A DNA stretch of 64,000 nucleotides from a virus (taxonomy: Duplodnaviria; Caudoviricetes): the IMG/VR virus record IMGVR_UViG_3300042463_001805, positions 1 to 64,000 of that record. The stretch is one strand, 5' to 3'. The notes below the pieces were generated by a model. That model was given only the letters and a program-made list of their open reading frames with translations. It was not told the origin of the DNA and did not search any database. The position numbers and the translations under genes were made by a program. Shown here in pieces: positions 9,713 to 18,211 of the stretch (position 1 is its first letter; each line of letters opens with the position of its first letter).

Positions 9713-10294
9713 ATGAAAAAGGTTTTATTTATTTTAATGACAATGATTTCAAGTATTTCATTATCACAATTATCAACAGTTAACCCTGATACGGTTTGTT
9801 ATCAATCAACCGCACTTTCAACCTATACTATACCTTCGGTTGGTTCGGGTACTTATACTTGGACAGTTGCTGCTCCTGGAGTTATTACTGCAGGTCAAGG
9901 TACTAATTCAATATCTGTCAATTGGTCAACCGCCTCCCCTGGTTTGATACCAAATGGTGTGTCTGTTACATACTCATCACCAGCACCCGCAAACTGTCCT
10001 GCAACCCCTGTAAACTTAAATGTGTTGATCTATCAGGTTATACCTACAATCACGGCTTTAGGTCCATTTTGTGAATCTGATCCTTGTGTGACTTTAGTTG
10101 GGTCCCCTGTAGGTGGAACTTGGTCAGGAACGGGAGTTGTGGGTAATCAATTTTGTCCTGATAACGTAACGAATGGTACCAACGCAACTTCAACTGTAAC
10201 GTATACTGTTGGCTCTGCCGGATGTACATTTTCTACTTCAGTTGTTGTTCCTGTTTATGGGACACCGACATTGTCACCTATCCAACATAACTAA
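9713..10294 (+). CDS. Secreted PKD/Ig-like protein with C-terminal PIQHN
   Basis: Signal peptide ending LS|Q; TYTW...ITAGQGTNSISVNW and GGTWSGTGV..NQFCP motifs typical of Bacteroidota surface proteins. Confidence 0.75.
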   Translation: MKKVLFILMTMISSISLSQLSTVNPDTVCYQSTALSTYTIPSVGSGTYTWTVAAPGVITAGQGTNSISVNWSTASPGLIPNGVSVTYSSPAPANCPATPVNLNVLIYQVIPTITALGPFCESDPCVTLVGSPVGGTWSGTGVVGNQFCPDNVTNGTNATSTVTYTVGSAGCTFSTSVVVPVYGTPTLSPIQHN

Positions 10295-10861
10295 ATGAAA
10301 TTTATTTTTTTCATATCATTTTTATTTATGTCCTTAGTTACTTCGGCACAACAACTTATTGAATTGTGTGCCGGAGAAACTAAAACCGTTACTTATTTCT
10401 CAACATCAACAGGTGATGGGACTACGTCATGGACTGTTAATGGTATTGTATATAACACAGATGAATTAACATACACATATAGTAATGAGGGAACATATAA
10501 TATCGTTGTGAAAAGAGAAAACGGTCCTTGTTATGTTGAAGAAACTTTACAAGTGGTTGTTACCGAGTGTCCTGGCGTAACTTATTGGGTTCCTAATTGT
10601 TTTACACCTGATGGTAATGAACATAACCAAGTGTTTGGTCCTATTATGATTGATGGGTTTGATGTTAATGGTTTTGAGTTCAGAATATTTAATAGGTGGG
10701 GTAATGTAGTTTGGGAATCACAAGACCCTAACGGAAAATGGGATGGTACATATAAAAATAAAAATTGTACTGACGGTGTATATATATGGACTTTAAGATT
10801 CAACATTTTTGGTGATGATGGAAAAGTTTTTGATCATGGTCATTTAACCCTTATCCGATAA
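10295..10861 (+). CDS. T9SS type B sorting (gliding-motility C-terminal, CHU_C-like) domain protein
   Basis: Signal peptide; VPNCFTPDG..N..F, IFNRWG.VVWES, WDG, DGVYIW, terminal GHLTLIR. Confidence 0.9.
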   Translation: MKFIFFISFLFMSLVTSAQQLIELCAGETKTVTYFSTSTGDGTTSWTVNGIVYNTDELTYTYSNEGTYNIVVKRENGPCYVEETLQVVVTECPGVTYWVPNCFTPDGNEHNQVFGPIMIDGFDVNGFEFRIFNRWGNVVWESQDPNGKWDGTYKNKNCTDGVYIWTLRFNIFGDDGKVFDHGHLTLIR

Positions 10862-11030
10862 CCTCACTAATCATACCCATTTCAATTAGATTTTCTATTG
10901 TCTTATTAAAAGGTGCTTTAATAAAATAATTTTCACCTTCGTGTCTAAAAAAACACCACCCAGATAAAACCGTATTTAAATGATTAAACGTTTCTTTATC
11001 TTTTACTTTATATACTTTTAATCCCACCAT
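10851..11030 (-). CDS. Small hypothetical protein (59 aa, not in ORF track)
   Basis: MVGLKVYKVKDKETFNHLNTVLSGWCFFRHEG...; ATG overlaps the end of the upstream minus-strand gene and fills the gap. Confidence 0.55.
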   Translation of the reverse strand: MVGLKVYKVKDKETFNHLNTVLSGWCFFRHEGENYFIKAPFNKTIENLIEMGMISEVIG

Positions 11031-11593
11031 CCTTCTATTTTTTCATTTAACATATTAAATAATAACTTTCTCGCCTTTTCTTGGTTGTGTGTTGCAACTA
11101 ACATACAAAGAGTTTCTTTATCTATTTCACCTTCTTCTTTTAAGACTTTTCTAACTGATGATTTGTACTTGTTTAAATATTCATCATATCTTTCAGATAA
11201 AACTTCAAATTTCATTTGTTTTAAACTTGTACCTTCAACCGGTATAGTCTCAACTTTCATTTCATAGTAATCTGTGTGTTCACTTTCATAGTAACCATTT
11301 TTTACTCTTTGAAGTAAATTTAAAATTATTGTCATGTCTCGGTTATCTTGCCAAACTCTTGTACTACGATTATCATAGACAATCTCTTTTCTTTGAAATT
11401 CTATTTTCTTTTGAAGTATTGTGTATATATGATATTGGTCCCAATCTCTATCTTTAAATAAAGTAGGTGCCCATTTTATTATGTTTTTACAACCTATAAG
11501 AAAGTTTCTGATTCTCCAATGTAAACTTCTCCATAAAGCGTTTCTATCCCAAGCAGAATCTTCAGGTATTATCAGTTTTTCGTAATTTTTCAT
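11018..11593 (-). CDS. Hypothetical phage protein
   Basis: 191-aa ORF with W.P.L..DRDWD and terminal WWD motifs. Confidence 0.7.
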   Translation of the reverse strand: MKNYEKLIIPEDSAWDRNALWRSLHWRIRNFLIGCKNIIKWAPTLFKDRDWDQYHIYTILQKKIEFQRKEIVYDNRSTRVWQDNRDMTIILNLLQRVKNGYYESEHTDYYEMKVETIPVEGTSLKQMKFEVLSERYDEYLNKYKSSVRKVLKEEGEIDKETLCMLVATHNQEKARKLLFNMLNEKIEGWWD

Positions 11594-11777
11594 TTTCCTT
11601 TTCTTTGTATTGCAAATATACGGAAAAAATAACTAAAAAGTTAACTAATACACAAAAAAAAGTTTCAAGAATCCAGTGCCAATCTGTTTGGGTCATTGAC
11701 ACATGAGTGCCGAACCACATAAATGAACCATACTTGTTCATAACCTCAACTAACAAATACTTTAAAAATTTGACCAT
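11562..11777 (-). CDS. Small membrane protein
   Basis: Hydrophobic 71-aa ORF overlapping the next gene start. Confidence 0.55.
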   Translation of the reverse strand: MVKFLKYLLVEVMNKYGSFMWFGTHVSMTQTDWHWILETFFCVLVNFLVIFSVYLQYKEKENEKLRKTDNT

Positions 11778-11813
11778 ATAATTATTATTACAATTATAAT
11801 TATATTTATTTAT

Positions 11814-12143
11814 ATGGAAAAAAGAAATCTTAATGAACCAAATCCCAAATTAAAAGAAGGTGATAGAATCATTTTAATATATATGGACGGGGAAGAAATC
11901 CCCATAGGTTCAAAAGGAATTGTTGTTGGGATAAACGGACAACCTAGATTTAGACCAACAGATTCTGGTATGGGTTATTGGGTTGAGTTTTATGATCCTG
12001 AAGATAATCAATTTATTTCCAAATTAACATTAATACCCGAAGATGATGTATGGGTATACGATAAAGATTATTATGAAAATGAGACTTTAAAGGAAAGTTT
12101 ATTTTTTATAACTAAAAAAAATATAAACAAAGTAAAATTATAA
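11814..12143 (+). CDS. Small SH3-like beta-barrel hypothetical protein
   Basis: LKEGDRI.L..M...IPIGSKG.V pattern; TATTTAT at 11803. Confidence 0.6.
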   Translation: MEKRNLNEPNPKLKEGDRIILIYMDGEEIPIGSKGIVVGINGQPRFRPTDSGMGYWVEFYDPEDNQFISKLTLIPEDDVWVYDKDYYENETLKESLFFITKKNINKVKL

Positions 12144-12145
12144 TT

Positions 12146-12673
12146 ATGAGAGGATTTGTAGGATTAACCGCAAAAGAAAAAGAAGACATTATTAAAAAAC
12201 ATAGTCAACCATACGATGGGTATGCAACTATGGGCCAAAGTGGTAATATGTACCCAATCACGGTATATAACGATGCAAGAGACAATCAAGGTATTACATT
12301 AGATAATAAGAATAACCCAACACAATATAAAAACCACAGAATTAATGAAATTGCCGCAAAAAATTTACATTATGATGAAATAGAACCGGCATATGAGTTT
12401 GATTCAAGTGGACCTGGAGACCCAAATTTAGGTTATGATGTTTATAACCAAACAAAAAATGCTTATGATTTTGATTCACAAGGACCCGCAGATCCTTTTT
12501 ATGGTGGTGGTTATCAAACGGGTTTTGAGGATCATGGAGAAGACTCAGACAATGATTTTGAGTTTGATATGGTGGATTTTGAAGATTATATTGAAGGTGA
12601 GGATAAAGGTAACATAGAGGAAAGTGTTAATAAAACAATTGATATGTTTAAAAGATTTAAAAAATATAACTAA
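12146..12673 (+). CDS. Acidic leader-bearing hypothetical protein
   Basis: LTAKEKEDIIKKH leader; internal AY.FDS.GP repeat; C-terminal IEESVNKTIDMFKRF. Confidence 0.7.
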   Translation: MRGFVGLTAKEKEDIIKKHSQPYDGYATMGQSGNMYPITVYNDARDNQGITLDNKNNPTQYKNHRINEIAAKNLHYDEIEPAYEFDSSGPGDPNLGYDVYNQTKNAYDFDSQGPADPFYGGGYQTGFEDHGEDSDNDFEFDMVDFEDYIEGEDKGNIEESVNKTIDMFKRFKKYN

Positions 12674-12975
12674 TGGAAGTTATTGAAATAATTTCTCATT
12701 ATATTGATAAAACCCAAAATTTAATAAATGTTGAATTCAAAATGTTGGGTGACGAGGACGATATGGTTAGAGAAGATTTTATTGAATATTCTTTTTTTGA
12801 AGAATTTGGTTATGACAAAACAAAAGATTTTGGAATATTTGAAAATGTTTTAGAAGAAGATGAATGGGAAGAAGATGACTACGATTATTTTGATAATGAG
12901 GATAACCTCATATCTTTTTTAAATGAGTACTATGTAGTATATCCAAAAAAAATACCTAAAGTTGAAATTAAATAA
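12673..12975 (+). CDS. Acidic hypothetical protein
   Basis: TAATG stop/start overlap. Confidence 0.65.
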   Translation: MEVIEIISHYIDKTQNLINVEFKMLGDEDDMVREDFIEYSFFEEFGYDKTKDFGIFENVLEEDEWEEDDYDYFDNEDNLISFLNEYYVVYPKKIPKVEIK

Positions 12976-12978
12976 ATT

Positions 12979-14532
12979 ATGAATTTTTTATCAGAAATTA
13001 AAAAAATTAGAAGTCTAATAAATCTTTTTGAAGGTAAAGATAAAATTGAACCGGTAGCAATAATTGGTGATAATATTGCAAAATTAGTGAGTACAAATTT
13101 TAATAATGAATATTCAGAACTGATTGATGAAAATATGGATTATGAATTATTGTATAATAAATTAAGTAGTTATGAAAATGTAGAAGATCAGGTTGAAGAC
13201 GTTTTTTTGTCAATAGGGTCGGAAGATTTTTTTGATAATAGAATAGATGTTGGTACGTTATTAGATAATTTGGATAGAATCTTTCCTAACGCCAAAATAC
13301 ACATAATAAAAGGTTATATTGATTCAGTAGAAAATAACTTAGATACTAAAAATATTGAATTATTAGAAGATAACTCCGTTTCTTTTTATAGGATTTTTCA
13401 AAAAAATAATATTAACGTTGTTGGTGATCATAAAATCTTTGGGTCGGTTAAATTAGATATTGGTGAAAATTTAATTATTGATTTAGTAGAGATAATTAAA
13501 CAATATTTTGATTTTAATGAAAGAGAAGAAGAGGATGAAGAAGAAAAAGAAGTAATTTTTAATGATTTAGATATTGACGAAAGAACGGATTTTGATGTTA
13601 TATATGAGTTTCTTTCTAATTTAGAAAAAATGGTTAAATCTAAAAATGTTTACAATACAGAATTGAAAGATAAGTATTTGGGTGATGTTGAAATAATACA
13701 AATATCTTTAAAATTTTTGGGGGTATCTTTTAGTGAGTCTTTAGAAATAAATGGAAAATATGATGAAAAAACTAAAAGATGTGTTGAGGAGTTTCAAAAA
13801 ACTAAGGGTATATCTCCCGATGGTATTGCGGATACCGATACTTTAGAAGAAATATTATGGGATTTAAAAATAAAAAGTTTTGATGATGACGATTTATTTA
13901 AATTCCTTTCAGGTGAAGAAATTGAAATGAAAGTTTATACACCTGACGTGTACGATCTAGAGGATATAATAGATAATATTATTAACAATATTGAGGGTGG
14001 GTATGCGGCAACTGAACATTTTATGGCCAACGCACATAAACAAAAAGACCCTACAGTGAGAGACGCTCTTTTAAACTCAGGTGAAACTATGTTCGGTATT
14101 GATAGAAAAAATGGGCCACAGATGGATGAGTTTTGGGAAATAGTAGATGAAAATAGTGGGTATGCCCCCGAATCTGCCGATAAAGATAAATGGACTCATG
14201 GTTATATGGGTGGTGATGTTGAAGATGAACTAAGAGAACTTGTCTATGAATGGGCAATTCCACTTTACGAAGACTACAAAAATAGTAAAATGTCTTCTGA
14301 ATTAAGAAGGTTGGTAGATGAAGATAAGAGATTGGCAACACACTTTATGTACGCATGTTGGAATGGGATAGTATTTTATAATCAATTTAAAAATATTTTA
14401 GAGTCCGAAATAAGTAATGGTAATACAGATAGAGATTCACTATGGAAAGTGGCAATTGACTCAAGAAAAAATCACTCAAATGGGGTTGCTAGATTGACAG
14501 CACCAAAAGTTGAAAAAATTGCAAATATGTAA
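12979..14532 (+). CDS. Leader + degenerate SGNH-like + peptidoglycan-binding + GH108-like lysozyme
   Basis: IIGDNIA/LSIGSED; INGKYD..T...V..FQ...GISPDGIA...TL (PG-binding); IEGGY...GETMFGIDR (GH108-like). Confidence 0.7.
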   Translation: MNFLSEIKKIRSLINLFEGKDKIEPVAIIGDNIAKLVSTNFNNEYSELIDENMDYELLYNKLSSYENVEDQVEDVFLSIGSEDFFDNRIDVGTLLDNLDRIFPNAKIHIIKGYIDSVENNLDTKNIELLEDNSVSFYRIFQKNNINVVGDHKIFGSVKLDIGENLIIDLVEIIKQYFDFNEREEEDEEEKEVIFNDLDIDERTDFDVIYEFLSNLEKMVKSKNVYNTELKDKYLGDVEIIQISLKFLGVSFSESLEINGKYDEKTKRCVEEFQKTKGISPDGIADTDTLEEILWDLKIKSFDDDDLFKFLSGEEIEMKVYTPDVYDLEDIIDNIINNIEGGYAATEHFMANAHKQKDPTVRDALLNSGETMFGIDRKNGPQMDEFWEIVDENSGYAPESADKDKWTHGYMGGDVEDELRELVYEWAIPLYEDYKNSKMSSELRRLVDEDKRLATHFMYACWNGIVFYNQFKNILESEISNGNTDRDSLWKVAIDSRKNHSNGVARLTAPKVEKIANM

Positions 14533-14568
14533 GTGATTTTTAAATAAAAAAATACCATATTTATATTC

Positions 14569-14835
14569 ATGGTAGGTTTTTTATTAGATAAATTTACAGG
14601 TACACTTATGTTGTCCAAAACTAAGTTTTTTGGTTTAAAAAAATATCATGCAGAAATTCTAATAACCCAAAATTTAAAGATAATTTCAGTAAAAACAAAT
14701 ATAAAAGATTTGCCAAATAAAAATGGAGACATTATAGATTTTTTAATTATAAAAAATTGGGCAGAATCAAATGGTTACGATATAGTCTTAAAAACAAAAA
14801 ATAATAAATTAAAACGTTTATTTTATTTTATTTAA
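14569..14835 (+). CDS. Hypothetical protein
   Basis: 88-aa basic ORF after TATTTAT at 14558. Confidence 0.5.
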   Translation: MVGFLLDKFTGTLMLSKTKFFGLKKYHAEILITQNLKIISVKTNIKDLPNKNGDIIDFLIIKNWAESNGYDIVLKTKNNKLKRLFYFI

Positions 14836-14854
14836 TCTTGAAGTATTTATTATT

Positions 14855-15154
14855 ATGGATAAATTATTTGAAGATATTCGCAGAATAAAGTCTTTGATGG
14901 AGTTAAAAAATGAAGATGTTGAGGAGTCAGAAATCAAAGAAGAGGGTGAGGAATCATCTAGTGCGGGATCAACCGGAGGTGGGGGTTACCCTACTGTAAA
15001 AAAACATTCAGACACTTATCAAACAAAAAGAGGTAAAGCGAATACTTTAGATATGAAAACTAAATGGGAAAGTGGTGTTGCAAGAGGTAAGGCCAATAAA
15101 ATAGATAATTCAAAATGGGAAAGTGGTAGAACAATGGGTTCCACAGGTCCTTAA
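14855..15154 (+). CDS. Small leader-bearing protein with KWESG/RGKAN repeats
   Basis: Leader LFEDIRRIKSLME; TATTTAT at 14844. Confidence 0.7.
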   Translation: MDKLFEDIRRIKSLMELKNEDVEESEIKEEGEESSSAGSTGGGGYPTVKKHSDTYQTKRGKANTLDMKTKWESGVARGKANKIDNSKWESGRTMGSTGP

Positions 15155-15163
15155 ATATGTGTT

Positions 15164-18100
15164 ATGAAGGGTTTAATAATTACAGAAGAAGAAAAAAAAC
15201 ATATTAGGGGTTTGTACTCTTCAAAAAATCAAAAATCTTTGATTACCGAAGAAGAAAAACCAACAATTGCAGGTGCTAATGAAATATGGCAGTTCCAAAG
15301 TTGGATTTGGAATAAAGTTGAGGGTAAGGGAGATCCTGAGAATGCAAATCCGGATTATTTATTTACCTCTATGTTATGTACCACACCAAATAGTAAATGT
15401 TATGTGTATGGTGTAAGGAAAAGAGTACCTGGTACTAATTATGATGCTTGGTACCCACCAGCAGCTATTGATGGTATGTGGGGACCAAAACTTTTAGAAT
15501 TATGGGATAAATACTGGAAAAGATACACCAAAGAAAATCCAGGATGGAGAGTACCAAAACCTGAAGTTAATGCAAAATTATTGGGTCAAGAAATACCAAC
15601 AACATTATTACAAGCTAAAAATTTCCAACAATGGTATTTAGAAGAAATAGAAAAATCAGTTCCAAATAAATACGGTTTATACACTACAAAACTTTGTAGT
15701 TCTCCATGTAATTTAAACACTGCAGTAAGTGGTACATTTAACAAACAAACACAAGACCTTTGGTTAGAATATAGAGAAGCATATATGGCGGTAAATAAAC
15801 TTTGGATGGTTGAAAAAAAATGGACCGCAGCTGAACAAAAAGTCGTTGACATGGCAAATTCAATAACAAATGAAGATATTGCAATGTTAAATTTACCAAA
15901 TTTTTATGAAGATCCGTCAGGGTGGGATGGTATTACACCAATGCCTGCGGTTCGTACTGATTTATGGGGTGATTGGAATGGAGAACTTTGGGTTCAAGAT
16001 AGTAATGCCCAATATTGGGGTGGAAAAAATAATGGTTGGAATGAAAATACATCTGTTTTTCCATACCCTAGAAAATATACTCAAGAAGAAATTAATATGT
16101 TTACTGGTGGTCTTGGCGGTAAAACCTATAAAGCATCATCAATGGATTATTATAGGTATTTAGACCCCTTAGATCCCAAATTAGCACAGGCAACTGTTTC
16201 TGATAATACAAGGGTTAATATTAATCCAGCAACCGATAAAACCTCTTCAATACCAAACATTTCAAAAGAAATTGAAAATAAAATAAAAGAGGTACAAGCG
16301 GCAGAAATTCAAGCCAAAAAACAAATTGGATATGCGATGACAAACTGGAATAAGGATCTTGATAGACAGAGCACGGATATTCCAAAATATTGTAAATATA
16401 TAGGATTAACGATTGATGGTGTTAGAAAATATATAAATCCAGAATTGTTGTGTAGTGGTAGGGGTGGTCTTTGGGTGTATGAAACGGGAACTAAACAAAA
16501 GTCATGTGGATGTAGGGCAGGAACACCTAATGTTGATGTAATGAATCAATCAAATGGAAAAAGTTTTTACATTAATCCATCTAAATTAATGAAAAACACC
16601 GAACAAAGAAGAGAATTCAGATATGATGATGTAACTGATTGGGCAGATATTGTAAATGAAATAGTTCCTGTAATTTCAATACCTTTAGCTATTTTTGGAG
16701 GAGCATTCATTGCAACGGGAACAGTTGCTAGAATTGTATTCGCATTAGATATGGTAGATGCCGCCGCTTATGCTGTTAAAGGGGACGCGTATGGGTTTGG
16801 GCTTGCATTAACATTCGGTATAATAGGTGGTTCGGAAATTTTTAAAGAAATGCCAGCAGTCCAACAAATTTGGAACGGATATGATAATACATTAAAATCA
16901 GTAATGAAAGAAGGTCAAGAATTATTTGAAAAAATAAGATTTGGTAGATTAGATAATGCAGGAAGAAAGGCTCTTGCAAGATGGTCTAAAGCCTTAAAAG
17001 AAATTGCCGAAAAAATAAAGTCTGGTTGGTTAACAAATAAAATATATGCAGCATCTAAAATTACAGGAGAAGCATTACAAAAAGTAACAGTTTCCGCAGC
17101 AAAAATCGCCTTTAACATTTTTAAAATATCAGGTAAGGTTTTACTTGATGTGATTATGTTTTTGATTAAATCTGATAAGTTACCAATCTCTTTTTTAAGA
17201 AATTTTGGGGTAAATGTTGCTGGAGGATTTTTAACTTGGGACGCAATTGCTTATTTTATGGGTATTTGTAATACAATGCCAATGACAAAATCTATGAATG
17301 AATTGGTAAAAGAAATTGAAGAACTTAAAAAGAAAAGCGTTTTTGCATTAGATGAAGAAGAAAGAGATATTTTAGATGGTGAACCATGGAAGGCAACCGT
17401 GGCCTTTGTTAAAACGTTAGGTGCCTTTCAGCAACTATCAACACCATGTTCAAAGTTGAATGTTTTTAATGAAATGAAAAAAAATAAAAAACTACAAGAA
17501 GACATACTAAAATACGAGGCTGAAAAATTCTCAAGTTCAAATAAAGCAATCTATAAAAAAGAATTAGAAAAAATTGGAGTTAATGGTTATACAGACATTA
17601 TGGATGCGTTTGACCCAACGATTTATTCAATTCAGTGCGTGTTAAAACATTGGGCGGATAAAAAATCTTTAGCTAAAGAAATAGATAATTGGGGTGTTTA
17701 TGACCAATCAACAAAAGACTTGGTAAAAGAATTTAAAAAATATGCCGGGATAACATACTATAGAGATAAAACTGAAGATGAAAAAAACAAGACCCTTACA
17801 AAAACAAAAATAAATAAAACCGGTTTATCGGATATTGGTGCCGAACCTGATGTTATTGAAGACATTAGTATTGAAAAAACAGAATCAATAGACAATCGTT
17901 TGGTGGAGTCTTTAATAAAATTTATAGATCAAGTACCTGAAGATATGAAAAATTATAACAACTTTGATTTTTCTTCTAAAGGATTAGAAGATTTGAAAAA
18001 AATGACGGTAGATTTAATTGAGGGATCTAAATCAAAAGGACCGTCTAGCGAAGAACAAGGAAAGATCAAAAAACCAATTGAAGATTTAGATGGAGTTTCC

Positions 18101-18205
18101 GAAGAACAAAAAAAGGCAAATATTAATGGACTTGAAAATATAATAAAAAGAGAAAAAATGATAGAATTAATTAAATCACTTGATCCAAACATAACTAAGC
18201 AATAG
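15164..18205 (+). CDS. Large leader-bearing protein with central hydrophobic helices
   Basis: Leader ITEEEKKHIRGLY..LITE; hydrophobic IVPVISIPLAIFGG...DAAAYAVKGDAYGFGL; degenerate PG-binding-like segments. Confidence 0.7.
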   Translation: MKGLIITEEEKKHIRGLYSSKNQKSLITEEEKPTIAGANEIWQFQSWIWNKVEGKGDPENANPDYLFTSMLCTTPNSKCYVYGVRKRVPGTNYDAWYPPAAIDGMWGPKLLELWDKYWKRYTKENPGWRVPKPEVNAKLLGQEIPTTLLQAKNFQQWYLEEIEKSVPNKYGLYTTKLCSSPCNLNTAVSGTFNKQTQDLWLEYREAYMAVNKLWMVEKKWTAAEQKVVDMANSITNEDIAMLNLPNFYEDPSGWDGITPMPAVRTDLWGDWNGELWVQDSNAQYWGGKNNGWNENTSVFPYPRKYTQEEINMFTGGLGGKTYKASSMDYYRYLDPLDPKLAQATVSDNTRVNINPATDKTSSIPNISKEIENKIKEVQAAEIQAKKQIGYAMTNWNKDLDRQSTDIPKYCKYIGLTIDGVRKYINPELLCSGRGGLWVYETGTKQKSCGCRAGTPNVDVMNQSNGKSFYINPSKLMKNTEQRREFRYDDVTDWADIVNEIVPVISIPLAIFGGAFIATGTVARIVFALDMVDAAAYAVKGDAYGFGLALTFGIIGGSEIFKEMPAVQQIWNGYDNTLKSVMKEGQELFEKIRFGRLDNAGRKALARWSKALKEIAEKIKSGWLTNKIYAASKITGEALQKVTVSAAKIAFNIFKISGKVLLDVIMFLIKSDKLPISFLRNFGVNVAGGFLTWDAIAYFMGICNTMPMTKSMNELVKEIEELKKKSVFALDEEERDILDGEPWKATVAFVKTLGAFQQLSTPCSKLNVFNEMKKNKKLQEDILKYEAEKFSSSNKAIYKKELEKIGVNGYTDIMDAFDPTIYSIQCVLKHWADKKSLAKEIDNWGVYDQSTKDLVKEFKKYAGITYYRDKTEDEKNKTLTKTKINKTGLSDIGAEPDVIEDISIEKTESIDNRLVESLIKFIDQVPEDMKNYNNFDFSSKGLEDLKKMTVDLIEGSKSKGPSSEEQGKIKKPIEDLDGVSEEQKKANINGLENIIKREKMIELIKSLDPNITKQ

Positions 18206-18211
18206 TTTTTT

